Positions 11,001-23,948 are shown, numbered from the stretch's first letter. The stretch: 64,000 bases of DNA from Monocercomonoides exilis PA203 (GCA_001643675.2 LSRY02000028.1:744001-808000), one strand, 5' to 3'. The notes: a model not told the origin generated them from the letters alone. Translations and numbers: made by a program.

Positions 11001-14000
11001 GTCTTCTGCCTCTTCAAGCAGCGCTGCAAGTTCCAGCTGCTCATCTCCCACTGCATGCCCAGCTGCCGCCTCTTGCGCCATGTCTTCTGCCTCTTCAAGC
11101 AGCGCTGCAAGTTCCAGCTGCTCATCTCCCACTGCATGCCCAGCTGCCGCCTCTTGCGCCATGTCTTCTGCCTCTTCAAGCAGCGCTGCAAGTTCCAGCT
11201 GCTCATCTCCCACTGCATGCCCAGCTGCCGCCTCTTGCGCCATGTCTTCTGCCTCTTCAAGCAGCGCTGCAAGTTCCAGCTGCTCATCTCCCACTGCATG
11301 CCCAGCTGCCGCCTCTTGCGCCATGTCTTCTGCCTCTTCAAGCAGCGCTGCAAGTTCCAGCTGCTCATCTCCCACTGCATGCCCAGCTGCCGCCTCTTGC
11401 GCCATGTCTTCTGCCTCTTCAAGCAGCGCTGCAAGTTCCAGCTGCTCATCTCCCACTGCATGCCCAGCTGCCGCCTCTTGCGCCATGTCTTCTGCCTCTT
11501 CAAGCAGCGCTGCAAGTTCCAGCTGCTCATCTCCCACTGCATGCCCAGCTGCCGCCTCTCGCACCATGTCTTCTGCCTCTTCAAGCAGCGCTGCAAGTTC
11601 CAGCTGCTCATCTCCCACTGCATGCCCAGCTGCCGCCTCTTGCGCCATGTCTTCTGCCTCTTCAAGCAGCGCTGCAAGTTCCAGCTGCTCATCTCCCACT
11701 GCATGCCCAGCTGCCGCCTCTTGCGCCATGTCTTCTGCCTCTTCAAGCAGCGCTGCAAGTTCCAGCTGCTCATCTCCCACTGCATGCCCAGCTGCCGCCT
11801 CTTGCGCCATGTCTTCTGCCTCTTCAAGCAGCGCTGCAAGTTCCAGCTGCTCATCTCCCACTGCATGCCCAGCTGCCGCCTCTTGCGCCATGTCTTCTGC
11901 CTCTTCAAGCAGCGCTGCAAGTTCCAGCTGCTCATCTCCCACTGCATGCCCAGCTGCCGCCTCTCGCACCATGTCTTCTGCCTCTTCAAGCAGCGCTGCA
12001 AGTTCCAGCTGCTCATCTCCCACTGCATGCCCAGCTGCCGCCTCTTGCGCCATGTCTTCTGCCTCTTCAAGCAGCGCTGCAAGTTCCAGCTGCTCATCTC
12101 CCACTGCATGCCCAGCTGCCGCCTCTCGCACCATGTCTTCTGCCTCTTCAAGCAGCGCTGCAAGTTCCAGCTGCTCATCTCCCACTGCATGCCCAGCTGC
12201 CGCCTCTTGCGCCATGTCTTCTGCCTCTTCAAGCAGCGCTGCAAGTTCCAGCTGCTCATCTCCCACTGCATGCCCAGCTGCCGCCTCTTGCGCCATGTCT
12301 TCTGCCTCTTCAAGCAGCGCTGCAAGTTCCAGCTGCTCATCTCCCACTGCATGCCCAGCTGCCGCCTCTTGCGCCATGTCTTCTGCCTCTTCAAGCAGCG
12401 CTGCAAGTTCCAGCTGCTCATCTCCCACTGCATGCCCAGCTGCCGCCTCTTGCGCCATGTCTTCTGCCTCTTCAAGCAGCGCTGCAAGTTCCAGCTGCTC
12501 ATCTCCCACTGCATGCCCAGCTGCCGCCTCTTGCGCCATGTCTTCTGCCTCTTCAAGCAGCGCTGCAAGTTCCAGCTGCTCATCTCCCACTGCATGCCCA
12601 GCTGCCGCCTCTTGCGCCATGTCTTCTGCCTCTTCAAGCAGCGCTGCAAGTTCCAGCTGCTCATCTCCCACTGCATGCCCAGCTGCCGCCTCTTGCGCCA
12701 TGTCTTCTGCCTCTTCAAGCAGCGCTGCAAGTTCCAGCTGCTCATCTCCCACTGCATGCCCAGCTGCCGCCTCTTGCGCCATGTCTTCTGCCTCTTCAAG
12801 CAGCGCTGCAAGTTCCAGCTGCTCATCTCCCACTGCATGCCCAGCTGCCGCCTCTTGCGCCATGTCTTCTGCCTCTTCAAGCAGCGCTGCAAGTTCCAGC
12901 TGCTCATCTCCCACTGCATGCCCAGCTGCCGCCTCTTGCGCCATGTCTTCTGCCTCTTCAAGCAGCGCTGCAAGTTCCAGCTGCTCATCTCCCACTGCAT
13001 GCCCAGCTGCCGCCTCTTGCGCCATGTCTTCTGCCTCTTCAAGCAGCGCTGCAAGTTCCAGCTGCTCATCTCCCACTGCATGCCCAGCTGCCGCCTCTCG
13101 CACCATGTCTTCTGCCTCTTCAAGCAGCGCTGCAAGTTCCAGCTGCTCATCTCCCACTGCATGCCCAGCTGCCGCCTCTTGCGCCATGTCTTCTGCCTCT
13201 TCAAGCAGCGCTGCAAGTTCCAGCTGCTCATCTCCCACTGCATGCCCAGCTGCCGCCTCTTGCGCCATGTCTTCTGCCTCTTCAAGCAGCGCTGCAAGTT
13301 CCAGCTGCTCATCTCCCACTGCATGCCCAGCTGCCGCCTCTTGCGCCATGTCTTCTGCCTCTTCAAGCAGCGCTGCAAGTTCCAGCTGCTCATCTCCCAC
13401 TGCATGCCCAGCTGCCGCCTCTCGCACCATGTCTTCTGCCTCTTCAAGCAGCGCTGCAAGTTCCAGCTGCTCATCTCCCACTGCATGCCCAGCTGCCGCC
13501 TCTTGCGCCATGTCTTCTGCCTCTTCAAGCAGCGCTGCAAGTTCCAGCTGCTCATCTCCCACTGCATGCCCAGCTGCCGCCTCTTGCGCCATGTCTTCTG
13601 CCTCTTCAAGCAGCGCTGCAAGTTCCAGCTGCTCATCTCCCACTGCATGCCCAGCTGCCGCCTCTTGCGCCATGTCTTCTGCCTCTTCAAGCAGCGCTGC
13701 AAGTTCCAGCTGCTCATCTCCCACTGCATGCCCAGCTGCCGCCTCTTGCGCCATGTCTTCTGCCTCTTCAAGCAGCGCTGCAAGTTCCAGCTGCTCATCT
13801 CCCACTGCATGCCCAGCTGCCGCCTCTTGCGCCATGTCTTCTGCCTCTTCAAGCAGCGCTGCAAGTTCCAGCTGCTCATCTCCCACTGCATGCCCAGCTG
13901 CCGCCTCTTGCGCCATGTCTTCTGCCTCTTCAAGCAGCGCTGCAAGTTCCAGCTGCTCATCTCCCACTGCATGCCCAGCTGCCGCCTCTTGCGCCATGTC

Positions 14001-17000
14001 TTCTGCCTCTTCAAGCAGCGCTGCAAGTTCCAGCTGCTCATCTCCCACTGCATGCCCAGCTGCCGCCTCTTGCGCCATGTCTTCTGCCTCTTCAAGCAGC
14101 GCTGCAAGTTCCAGCTGCTCATCTCCCACTGCATGCCCAGCTGCCGCCTCTTGCGCCATGTCTTCTGCCTCTTCAAGCAGCGCTGCAAGTTCCAGCTGCT
14201 CATCTCCCACTGCATGCCCAGCTGCCGCCTCTCGCACCATGTCTTCTGCCTCTTCAAGCAGCGCTGCAAGTTCCAGCTGCTCATCTCCCACTGCATGCCC
14301 AGCTGCCGCCTCTTGCGCCATGTCTTCTGCCTCTTCAAGCAGCGCTGCAAGTTCCAGCTGCTCATCTCCCACTGCATGCCCAGCTGCCGCCTCTTGCGCC
14401 ATGTCTTCTGCCTCTTCAAGCAGCGCTGCAAGTTCCAGCTGCTCATCTCCCACTGCATGCCCAGCTGCCGCCTCTTGCGCCATGTCTTCTGCCTCTTCAA
14501 GCAGCGCTGCAAGTTCCAGCTGCTCATCTCCCACTGCATGCCCAGCTGCCGCCTCTCGCACCATGTCTTCTGCCTCTTCAAGCAGCGCTGCAAGTTCCAG
14601 CTGCTCATCTCCCACTGCATGCCCAGCTGCCGCCTCTTGCGCCATGTCTTCTGCCTCTTCAAGCAGCGCTGCAAGTTCCAGCTGCTCATCTCCCACTGCA
14701 TGCCCAGCTGCCGCCTCTTGCGCCATGTCTTCTGCCTCTTCAAGCAGCGCTGCAAGTTCCAGCTGCTCATCTCCCACTGCATGCCCAGCTGCCGCCTCTT
14801 GCGCCATGTCTTCTGCCTCTTCAAGCAGCGCTGCAAGTTCCAGCTGCTCATCTCCCACTGCATGCCCAGCTGCCGCCTCTTGCGCCATGTCTTCTGCCTC
14901 TTCAAGCAGCGCTGCAAGTTCCAGCTGCTCATCTCCCACTGCATGCCCAGCTGCCGCCTCTTGCGCCATGTCTTCTGCCTCTTCAAGCAGCGCTGCAAGT
15001 TCCAGCTGCTCATCTCCCACTGCATGCCCAGCTGCCGCCTCTTGCGCCATGTCTTCTGCCTCTTCAAGCAGCGCTGCAAGTTCCAGCTGCTCATCTCCCA
15101 CTGCATGCCCAGCTGCCGCCTCTTGCGCCATGTCTTCTGCCTCTTCAAGCAGCGCTGCAAGTTCCAGCTGCTCATCTCCCACTGCATGCCCAGCTGCCGC
15201 CTCTCGCACCATGTCTTCTGCCTCTTCAAGCAGCGCTGCAAGTTCCAGCTGCTCATCTCCCACTGCATGCCCAGCTGCCGCCTCTTGCGCCATGTCTTCT
15301 GCCTCTTCAAGCAGCGCTGCAAGTTCCAGCTGCTCATCTCCCACTGCATGCCCAGCTGCCGCCTCTTGCGCCATGTCTTCTGCCTCTTCAAGCAGCGCTG
15401 CAAGTTCCAGCTGCTCATCTCCCACTGCATGCCCAGCTGCCGCCTCTTGCGCCATGTCTTCTGCCTCTTCAAGCAGCGCTGCAAGTTCCAGCTGCTCATC
15501 TCCCACTGCATGCCCAGCTGCCGCCTCTTGCGCCATGTCTTCTGCCTCTTCAAGCAGCGCTGCAAGTTCCAGCTGCTCATCTCCCACTGCATGCCCAGCT
15601 GCCGCCTCTTGCGCCATGTCTTCTGCCTCTTCAAGCAGCGCTGCAAGTTCCAGCTGCTCATCTCCCACTGCATGCCCAGCTGCCGCCTCTTGCGCCATGT
15701 CTTCTGCCTCTTCAAGCAGCGCTGCAAGTTCCAGCTGCTCATCTCCCACTGCATGCCCAGCTGCCGCCTCTTGCGCCATGTCTTCTGCCTCTTCAAGCAG
15801 CGCTGCAAGTTCCAGCTGCTCATCTCCCACTGCATGCCCAGCTGCCGCCTCTTGCGCCATGTCTTCTGCCTCTTCAAGCAGCGCTGCAAGTTCCAGCTGC
15901 TCATCTCCCACTGCATGCCCAGCTGCCGCCTCTTGCGCCATGTCTTCTGCCTCTTCAAGCAGCGCTGCAAGTTCCAGCTGCTCATCTCCCACTGCATGCC
16001 CAGCTGCCGCCTCTTGCGCCATGTCTTCTGCCTCTTCAAGCAGCGCTGCAAGTTCCAGCTGCTCATCTCCCACTGCATGCCCAGCTGCCGCCTCTTGCGC
16101 CATGTCTTCTGCCTCTTCAAGCAGCGCTGCAAGTTCCAGCTGCTCATCTCCCACTGCATGCCCAGCTGCCGCCTCTTGCGCCATGTCTTCTGCCTCTTCA
16201 AGCAGCGCTGCAAGTTCCAGCTGCTCATCTCCCACTGCATGCCCAGCTGCCGCCTCTCGCACCATGTCTTCTGCCTCTTCAAGCAGCGCTGCAAGTTCCA
16301 GCTGCTCATCTCCCACTGCATGCCCAGCTGCCGCCTCTTGCGCCATGTCTTCTGCCTCTTCAAGCAGCGCTGCAAGTTCCAGCTGCTCATCTCCCACTGC
16401 ATGCCCAGCTGCCGCCTCTTGCGCCATGTCTTCTGCCTCTTCAAGCAGCGCTGCAAGTTCCAGCTGCTCATCTCCCACTGCATGCCCAGCTGCCGCCTCT
16501 TGCGCCATGTCTTCTGCCTCTTCAAGCAGCGCTGCAAGTTCCAGCTGCTCATCTCCCACTGCATGCCCAGCTGCCGCCTCTTGCGCCATGTCTTCTGCCT
16601 CTTCAAGCAGCGCTGCAAGTTCCAGCTGCTCATCTCCCACTGCATGCCCAGCTGCCGCCTCTTGCGCCATGTCTTCTGCCTCTTCAAGCAGCGCTGCAAG
16701 TTCCAGCTGCTCATCTCCCACTGCATGCCCAGCTGCCGCCTCTTGCGCCATGTCTTCTGCCTCTTCAAGCAGCGCTGCAAGTTCCAGCTGCTCATCTCCC
16801 ACTGCATGCCCAGCTGCCGCCTCTTGCGCCATGTCTTCTGCCTCTTCAAGCAGCGCTGCAAGTTCCAGCTGCTCATCTCCCACTGCATGCCCAGCTGCCG
16901 CCTCTTGCGCCATGTCTTCTGCCTCTTCAAGCAGCGCTGCAAGTTCCAGCTGCTCATCTCCCACTGCATGCCCAGCTGCCGCCTCTTGCGCCATGTCTTC

Positions 17001-18734
17001 TGCCTCTTCAAGCAGCGCTGCAAGTTCCAGCTGCTCATCTCCCACTGCATGCCCAGCTGCCGCCTCTCGCACCATGTCTTCTGCCTCTTCAAGCAGCGCT
17101 GCAAGTTCCAGCTGCTCATCTCCCACTGCATGCCCAGCTGCCGCCTCTTGCGCCATGTCTTCTGCCTCTTCAAGCAGCGCTGCAAGTTCCAGCTGCTCAT
17201 CTCCCACTGCATGCCCAGCTGCCGCCTCTCGCACCATGTCTTCTGCCTCTTCAAGCAGCGCTGCAAGTTCCAGCTGCTCATCTCCCACTGCATGCCCAGC
17301 TGCCGCCTCTTGCGCCATGTCTTCTGCCTCTTCAAGCAGCGCTGCAAGTTCCAGCTGCTCATCTCCCACTGCATGCCCAGCTGCCGCCTCTTGCGCCATG
17401 TCTTCTGCCTCTTCAAGCAGCGCTGCAAGTTCCAGCTGCTCATCTCCCACTGCATGCCCAGCTGCCGCCTCTTGCGCCATGTCTTCTGCCTCTTCAAGCA
17501 GCGCTGCAAGTTCCAGCTGCTCATCTCCCACTGCATGCCCAGCTGCCGCCTCTTGCGCCATGTCTTCTGCCTCTTCAAGCAGCGCTGCAAGTTCCAGCTG
17601 CTCATCTCCCACTGCATGCCCAGCTGCCGCCTCTTGCGCCATGTCTTCTGCCTCTTCAAGCAGCGCTGCAAGTTCCAGCTGCTCATCTCCCACTGCATGC
17701 CCAGCTGCCGCCTCTTGCGCCATGTCTTCTGCCTCTTCAAGCAGCGCTGCAAGTTCCAGCTGCTCATCTCCCACTGCATGCCCAGCTGCCGCCTCTTGCG
17801 CCATGTCTTCTGCCTCTTCAAGCAGCGCTGCAAGTTCCAGCTGCTCATCTCCCACTGCATGCCCAGCTGCCGCCTCTCGCACCATGTCTTCTGCCTCTTC
17901 AAGCAGCGCTGCAAGTTCCAGCTGCTCATCTCCCACTGCATGCCCAGCTGCCGCCTCTTGCGCCATGTCTTCTGCCTCTTCAAGCAGCGCTGCAAGTTCC
18001 AGCTGCTCATCTCCCACTGCATGCCCAGCTGCCGCCTCTTGCGCCATGTCTTCTGCCTCTTCAAGCAGCGCTGCAAGTTCCAGCTGCTCATCTCCCACTG
18101 CATGCCCAGCTGCCGCCTCTTGCGCCATGTCTTCTGCCTCTTCAAGCAGCGCTGCAAGTTCCAGCTGCTCATCTCCCACTGCATGCCCAGCTGCCGCCTC
18201 TCGCACCATGTCTTCTGCCTCTTCAAGCAGCGCTGCAAGTTCCAGCTGCTCATCTCCCACTGCATGCCCAGCTGCCGCCTCTTGCGCCATGTCTTCTGCC
18301 TCTTCAAGCAGCGCTGCAAGTTCCAGCTGCTCATCTCCCACTGCATGCCCAGCTGCCGCCTCTTGCGCCATGTCTTCTGCCTCTTCAAGCAGCGCTGCAA
18401 GTTCCAGCTGCTCATCTCCCACTGCATGCCCAGCTGCCGCCTCTTGCGCCATGTCTTCTGCCTCTTCAAGCAGCGCTGCAAGTTCCAGCTGCTCATCTCC
18501 CACTGCATGCCCAGCTGCCGCCTCTTGCGCCATGTCTTCTGCCTCTTCAAGCAGCGCTGCAAGTTCCAGCTGCTCATCTCCCACTGCATGCCCAGCTGCC
18601 GCCTCTCGCACCATGTCTTCTGCCTCTTCAAGCAGCGCTGCAAGTTCCAGCTGCTCATCTCCCACTGCATGCCCAGCTGCCGCCTCTTGCGCCATGTCTT
18701 CTGCCTCTTCAAGCAGCGCTGCAAGTTCCAGCTG
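8044..18734. repeat. Tandem array of an 81-bp unit, ~132 copies, ~60% GC
   Basis: Unit CCCACTGCATGCCCAGCTGCCGCCTCTTGCGCCATGTCTTCTGCCTCTTCAAGCAGCGCTGCAAGTTCCAGCTGCTCATCT. Only two recurrent variants (TCTCGCACC in 20 units; CTTCCATTG in 3 units) and one private SNP near 9408. No spacers. Confidence 0.99.
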
Positions 18735-20148
18735 ATCGTCTGATTCAATTATCCAAACTTCTTTCTTCCATGTACTGACTGAAACAAATAACGGAAATTC
18801 ATTTGATGAAACAAATATTTAACATAATATTAATATGAATGTGACAAATGAAAAATCTATCGAGAAAGAATTGCATTCATCAAAAATCGAATCAAAAAAT
18901 TCTAAAATGAAAAAGAAGATGATGTCCTCATTTTTGAAAGAATCTTCAAACGATATAATTGATCAAACTTCGAAAAACGAAGATGAAAAATGGTTTGAGA
19001 ATGAAATACGTATAATTAATGGATCCAAATATTCGCTTTGGAAGCAAATGGTGAAGGAAATTGATGTTAAACTTAGCTATTCACACTTTTACACACTTTC
19101 AAAAAATTTAAGAAAATCAAAAAGAAGAACTGATGTGTGTAATTTGTGTGCTCGAAGAGAAATATTAACGAAGATTCAAAGAATCAGACATTTAACGTTG
19201 AAGGAAAGGGAAGAAAAAAGATTATTAGAAATTCATCAAATAATCCAGAACAAACAGAGAAATTATTATCATAAATGTATTGAAGAACTTTCATTCGGAC
19301 AAACAATTGTTATTCTCGATTACAAACAAAACTGGTGCCTCCCAATAAAACAATCCCAGGTGAGCAGAGATTTTTATGAAAAGAAAGAAGTTTCTCACCT
19401 GGGAGTTGTTATTTATCAATCACAACACAAAAGAAATAGCAAATCTAGTTTCCACTTTTTCTCAGAAGTGCTTTCCAAGGACAGTCGATAGAATATCGAC
19501 TGCCTTGAAAATGCACTTGAACTCACTCTTCACTCTTCACGTACAAACAGATCGCTCAAAGTGTGGACCGACTGCGGTCCCCATTTTCGGAATGGCTCTT
19601 TTCTGCATTTTCTTCTTTATCCTTCATCAAAAATCTTCAAAACATTCTCATCAACCTCGCTTTCCTTCTTTGCAGAAGGACACGGAAAAAGCGAGGTTGA
19701 TGGAGAGTTTGGTGTCCTCTCGAGAGAAGCACAGAACTCTCGAGAGGACATCTCATCTGTTGATGAGCTAATCTCTTTTTTCAAAAAAAGATTTAACTCA
19801 TCAACAGATGAGATAGGAAGTGCCTCAATCAATAGGCACTTCCTCCCATACACCCCTCGGCTTCAGGTGAGAGTCTCACCGAAGCTGAGGGTGAAAGAGT
19901 TGAAGAAAAATCTATTATGGAGCAGCGAAGAAGGAAGGATTTTCGCTGCTCCATTCGACGAAGAAGAAAATACAAGATGGAGTGAAGTGAGGGTTGCTGT
20001 TTCTTTCGAAAGAGCGAAGAAACAAGCAACAAGCAAGATATACTCTTGCCTCTCTTCTCCAATTGGAAAGCAAACACTTTCACTTATTTTAGGAAGATGG
20101 GAAGAGGAAAAAGACAATCATTCAATATCAGAATTGCTTCCATGCGAA

Positions 20149-20229
20149 GAAGGAACAGCCGAAGGAACAGCCGAAGAAACAGCCGAAGAAACAGCCGAAG
20201 AAACAGCCGAAGAAACAGCCGAAGAAACA
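20149..20229 (+). repeat. 12-bp tandem repeat (GAAGRAACAGCC, ~6.75 copies) encoding (EETA)n in the transposase tail
   Basis: Directly visible; translation EGTAEGTAEETAEETAEETAEETAEET. Confidence 0.92.
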
Positions 20230-20439
20230 AATAATTTTGATAATAAACCAAGACGCACTTATTCTCAAAATGTTTGCCAATGGGATGTTGAAGACGAAGA
20301 AAGAAGGAAGGAAGCTATTGTTCTCATTGAGGAAGAAGGCTATGCAGAAGAGATAAGTGGAACGATAATAAGTGACAATGATGATGCTAACTTTTAAATA
20401 AATCTGAACTTTGAATTAAAAGAGAAGTGTGAAGATAAT

Positions 20440-23400
20440 GCTTGTCTCCAAACATTTTGAATATTCAAAATCTTTGTGACATATTTTCAAAACGTTCTTT
20501 TTCTCAACTTCTCTTTCAGCTCAAATCCATTGCTCCTCCAGCGGCATCTCCATCGTCACCATCTCAAATGCTTTCGGATCTTTTCTCACTCAGTCATTCA
20601 CTAACTCCCTCAAATTATCTGCTTCATTCTTGACTTTTCTGCACCAAACAACATACAAAACAAATCCAACGAAAGCAATCAGAAATATTTTCAACATTGA
20701 TTCCAAAGCTTTCGCATTTAATTTTCTCGTGCAATACATTTCTTTCAGATGCAACATGAGACGCATTCAGATTGTTGATGGACATTTTCCCTCTCTCCAA
20801 ACGAGCAATCCCGAAGCTCGACAGAAAAGTCAGATAAGAATATGTTACGCTCTCAAGATGGATTTCTCCACCTTCTCCTACAGCAATCCACAATTTCCCC
20901 GTCTCTTCAGAGCCTTCGCTTCCTCCAAATTCACAATTCAATATTGTTACTCGCCCGCCATTCATCTGAATAACACCAGTGTTTCCTTCTACCGGTGAGA
21001 TTGGTAGTTTGAAAATAAGTCTGTTGAGCAGAAGTACTGTTGGTGAAATATCATCAACCACATAAAAGAAACCGTTGCTTTCTATTCTCAGCTCAGATTT
21101 GTCAGCAACACCACGGATCGTCAGCGATTTCCCATCTCTTCTCATCTCTCCAGAAACCCAGTTGTGGATGTTGATCTGGACAGTCGTCTTGTTCTCTTTC
21201 AGGTTGCTGACACCAACCTCCAATCGATCGCATGGATTCGGATCGCTTCCACAGTTCGGTAAAGTGCTTTTTCCTCCCTCAACAAAGATGATATCTGATG
21301 CTCAAGAAAACAGATATTTCTTGATTAAGCAATTAATCAACGGACTGCCAAATGAGTCCATATCCCAGAAATATTGCTCTAGCGTGCTCAATTCGTCAAT
21401 TGTCCCAAACCACAAATCTTCTTTGATCAGCGTTTCTGGATTCCATCAAAGCAGAAATAGGTCATTTTTCTTTGAAGCTAGATTTCTTGTGAACGTGTTT
21501 GACTTCATCGAATACTGAACATTCACATCGAAGTTCAGATGCAGTCCTCCCCCATATCCCTGTGCTCCCAGCGCTGCACAGCTCTCCACTCTGTTCAGAG
21601 TGAATATCAGCTCTCCTCCATTCGACACATTGAAAGCTCCCATCCCACCAAATGGAATCTCGCCTTGGCACATAGCTTTCGAAAATACAAAGTTGCTGAT
21701 CTCCACTCGCTTTCCTTGTCCAATAACGCCTGAAAAGACTGAGCCATTCCCGTTGTTACGAGTCACATTCGACAATTCGCTTGAAAGTATTTTTATTCCA
21801 TTTCCTTCCTCAATAGAAATAACACTGCCACTTTCCAGTGTTGTTCCATTGACTGTTAGCATTTTGATGTCGGCTGAAGATTCACCTATCAAGTGAATAA
21901 GCTCATGTGAAGTCTGGCTCTCAATCCCTTCAATAGTGCATCCTGCAATAAATAATAATGTTCCTTGCCCTCTCAGCTCGACTGCAGCAATATCTCCAAA
22001 GTCAATTCTTTCAGCTCAAATTCAGTTAAATGAATTTCGCCTCCTGTTGCACAAAGTATGCTGAATTGAATTGCCTCGCGTTCTATTTGCCTTGTCACTG
22101 AGCAATTAGCAATGCTCAAAGTTGATTGCTGGCACAGAATCAGAAACAAACGAGGCGTTTCAACGAAGCTTGGAGGCAAGGAAAACGTAATATTCGAAAT
22201 TGACACATCTGCTTCTGTCTCAATCAAACCATCCCCATCCCCGCTTCCGTTGCTGCAGACAAAAATAGATGAATCCTTTGTTGTTGCAAAAATTGTAACA
22301 GAACACGAGGCAAGCCTTGTGCAGCTATCCAGCTGGAAAGATGGGAGTACTTCAACAACACCTTGCTCTTACACTGATCCAAATCTCAATTCAACAACTT
22401 TGCTGATTGTATGGCAAGGCGCAAATGAAAATCCGCATCCCGAATGATCATATCCTCCATCTGCTTCACTTCCAACATATCCGCTTTCAGAAAATGAAGT
22501 TAGAAATTCAGTTAAAGGAATCGCATAATCTTGATTGCAAGAGACTCGCTCATACCCCTTCAAATCCGTTTTGTTCATCTCCCTCCAAGCTATTTGGAAG
22601 TTATCTGCTCGAACTGTCTCAGTCAAGTTGTTGGCATCCACAAATATGTTATTTCCTTTCCACGCTTTGCATTCAAAGAATGTCAGGTTTTTCAGCGAAC
22701 AAACTTCATTATTATCTGAAATAAGCAGATATATCCCTCCTCCTAATCCTCTTCCTCTATTTAATTCTTCACCGCTTGGTACATTTCAGTTGCTGAATCT
22801 GGTGTTGTTCACAGCAACGTTCATATTCCCCTGTTTCTGGATAAACAAAGATCCGCCCTTCAGCTCGTTTCCGTTTTCGCATGATGAACTTAACTTGCAC
22901 CCATCAATCACAATCTCGGAGTTTCCTCTATTCCCTTATGCACTGAACAGTTCACCATTTCCGTTCTTCGCGTCATTTTGATGGAAAAAACAATATCTTA
23001 TCAATTGAGTCTGAATAGCTTGTTCCGAAAGTCCACTGAAGTTTATTCCTGCTCCTTCTAAAATTGTTGAATTTGTAAATATTCCATTCACTGTGTTCAA
23101 GATAATCATATTTTCTGTGATCAAAAGTGCTTAATGGTTAATACTCGGCAAAGCGAAATTAAATTATATGTAACCAGAAGAATTTCCATCCCAATTTTTC
23201 ACAAAACGAGAGTTTGAAAAAATGAAGGTTCCTGATGACCGAAGATATTTCAGACGTAAGAAACACACCATTCCATAAGAATGTAAAATTGAGCAATTTT
23301 CAATAGCAAGATCTGTGTATTGTTCATTTTTCATATGATCAACGCGGTAAATCGCTTCTCCACGATTTGCGCAACACTTGCTGAAATTTGATGAAATCAA

Positions 23401-23868
23401 TATTAGTTTTTTTCCAAATTTGAAAAATGGAAATCGCCTCCATGAATGAGCTCTTCATTTTCAATTGCGCTTATTCAGTCAAATAAACTATAACGAATAT
23501 TGATTGATGCACCATGTGTAGAAGCGGCAATTATACTCTCAGATTCTTGTGGGTGTGTGTTTCCCGCTTATACCACAAAAATAAAAGTTCTCCCGTATCA
23601 AGAAGGTTTTTTCTCCCTGGCTGCATTATACTGTTTCTTGATCCAAAAACACTATCACTACTTAAATAACTGCTGTCACTTCACTATGGGAACAAGATTC
23701 AGAAATTTTGCATTTTCTGGGATGTTCGTTTTGTAAAAATATACGCAATTTCACTTGTAATATGATAATAAGAATGATTCTTGTATATGTTGAAATAAAC
23801 TCTGACAGTTCATTTCACAACCAAAAAAATTGTGCAGTATTGTGCTTCTCAATAGTGCTATTGAACAT
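20440..23868 (-). pseudogene. Fragmented large surface protein of a beta-helix-like/Cys-repeat family (transposon cargo)
   Basis: Chain of broken minus-strand ORFs (23164-23400, 22936-23124, 22369-22641, 21973-22227, 21446-21892, 20624-21223) with motifs GYDHSGCG...PC.TI and G.GGGLHL plus N-rich strand repeats. Many stops and frameshifts; boundaries approximate. Confidence 0.65.
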
Positions 23869-23948
23869 GTTTTTTATAAAATAAAAATAAGTATAATGAA
23901 AGCTCAATAAACATTTTTTGCTTTGATCAAAAATAATATTCAAATTTC

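Larger units (their letters stand above)
7099..20397 (+). pseudogene. Sola2-like DDE transposase, intron-containing, disabled and interrupted by the 81-bp array
   Basis: Predicted exons 7099-7267, 7327-7557 and 7603 onward (GT-AG introns keep frame). One extra A in the run at 7998-8004 shifts into the Ser/Ala/Cys repeat frame, which is the same frame as ORFs 18835-19491 and 19561-20397. In-frame stops: TGA 18733, TAA 18820, TAG 19489. Motifs SYSHFYTL...RTDVCNLC, LDYKQNW, WTDCGPHFRN and FFAEGHGKSEVDGEFG resemble Sola2 catalytic blocks (recalled pattern, not a database result). Confidence 0.78.

Noticed and set aside
8044-18734. CRISPR array
   Set aside because: Units are head-to-tail with no unique spacers, there are no cas genes, and the context is eukaryotic.
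7605-18778. Five overlapping ~3,600-aa genes
   Set aside because: This follows from a stop-free 81-bp unit whose length is a multiple of 3. Only the Ser/Ala/Cys frame links to the transposase core. The protein-like minus-strand acidic frame has no unique flanking coding sequence.
1543-19491. TAA/TAG reassigned to Gln (as in some oxymonads), suggested by in-frame TAR at 1543, about 3583, 18820 and 19489
   Set aside because: RPL30, PFDN1 and the surface protein end at TAA in the expected places. Long intact genes contain no internal TAR, and the broken genes also have TGA stops or frameshifts.
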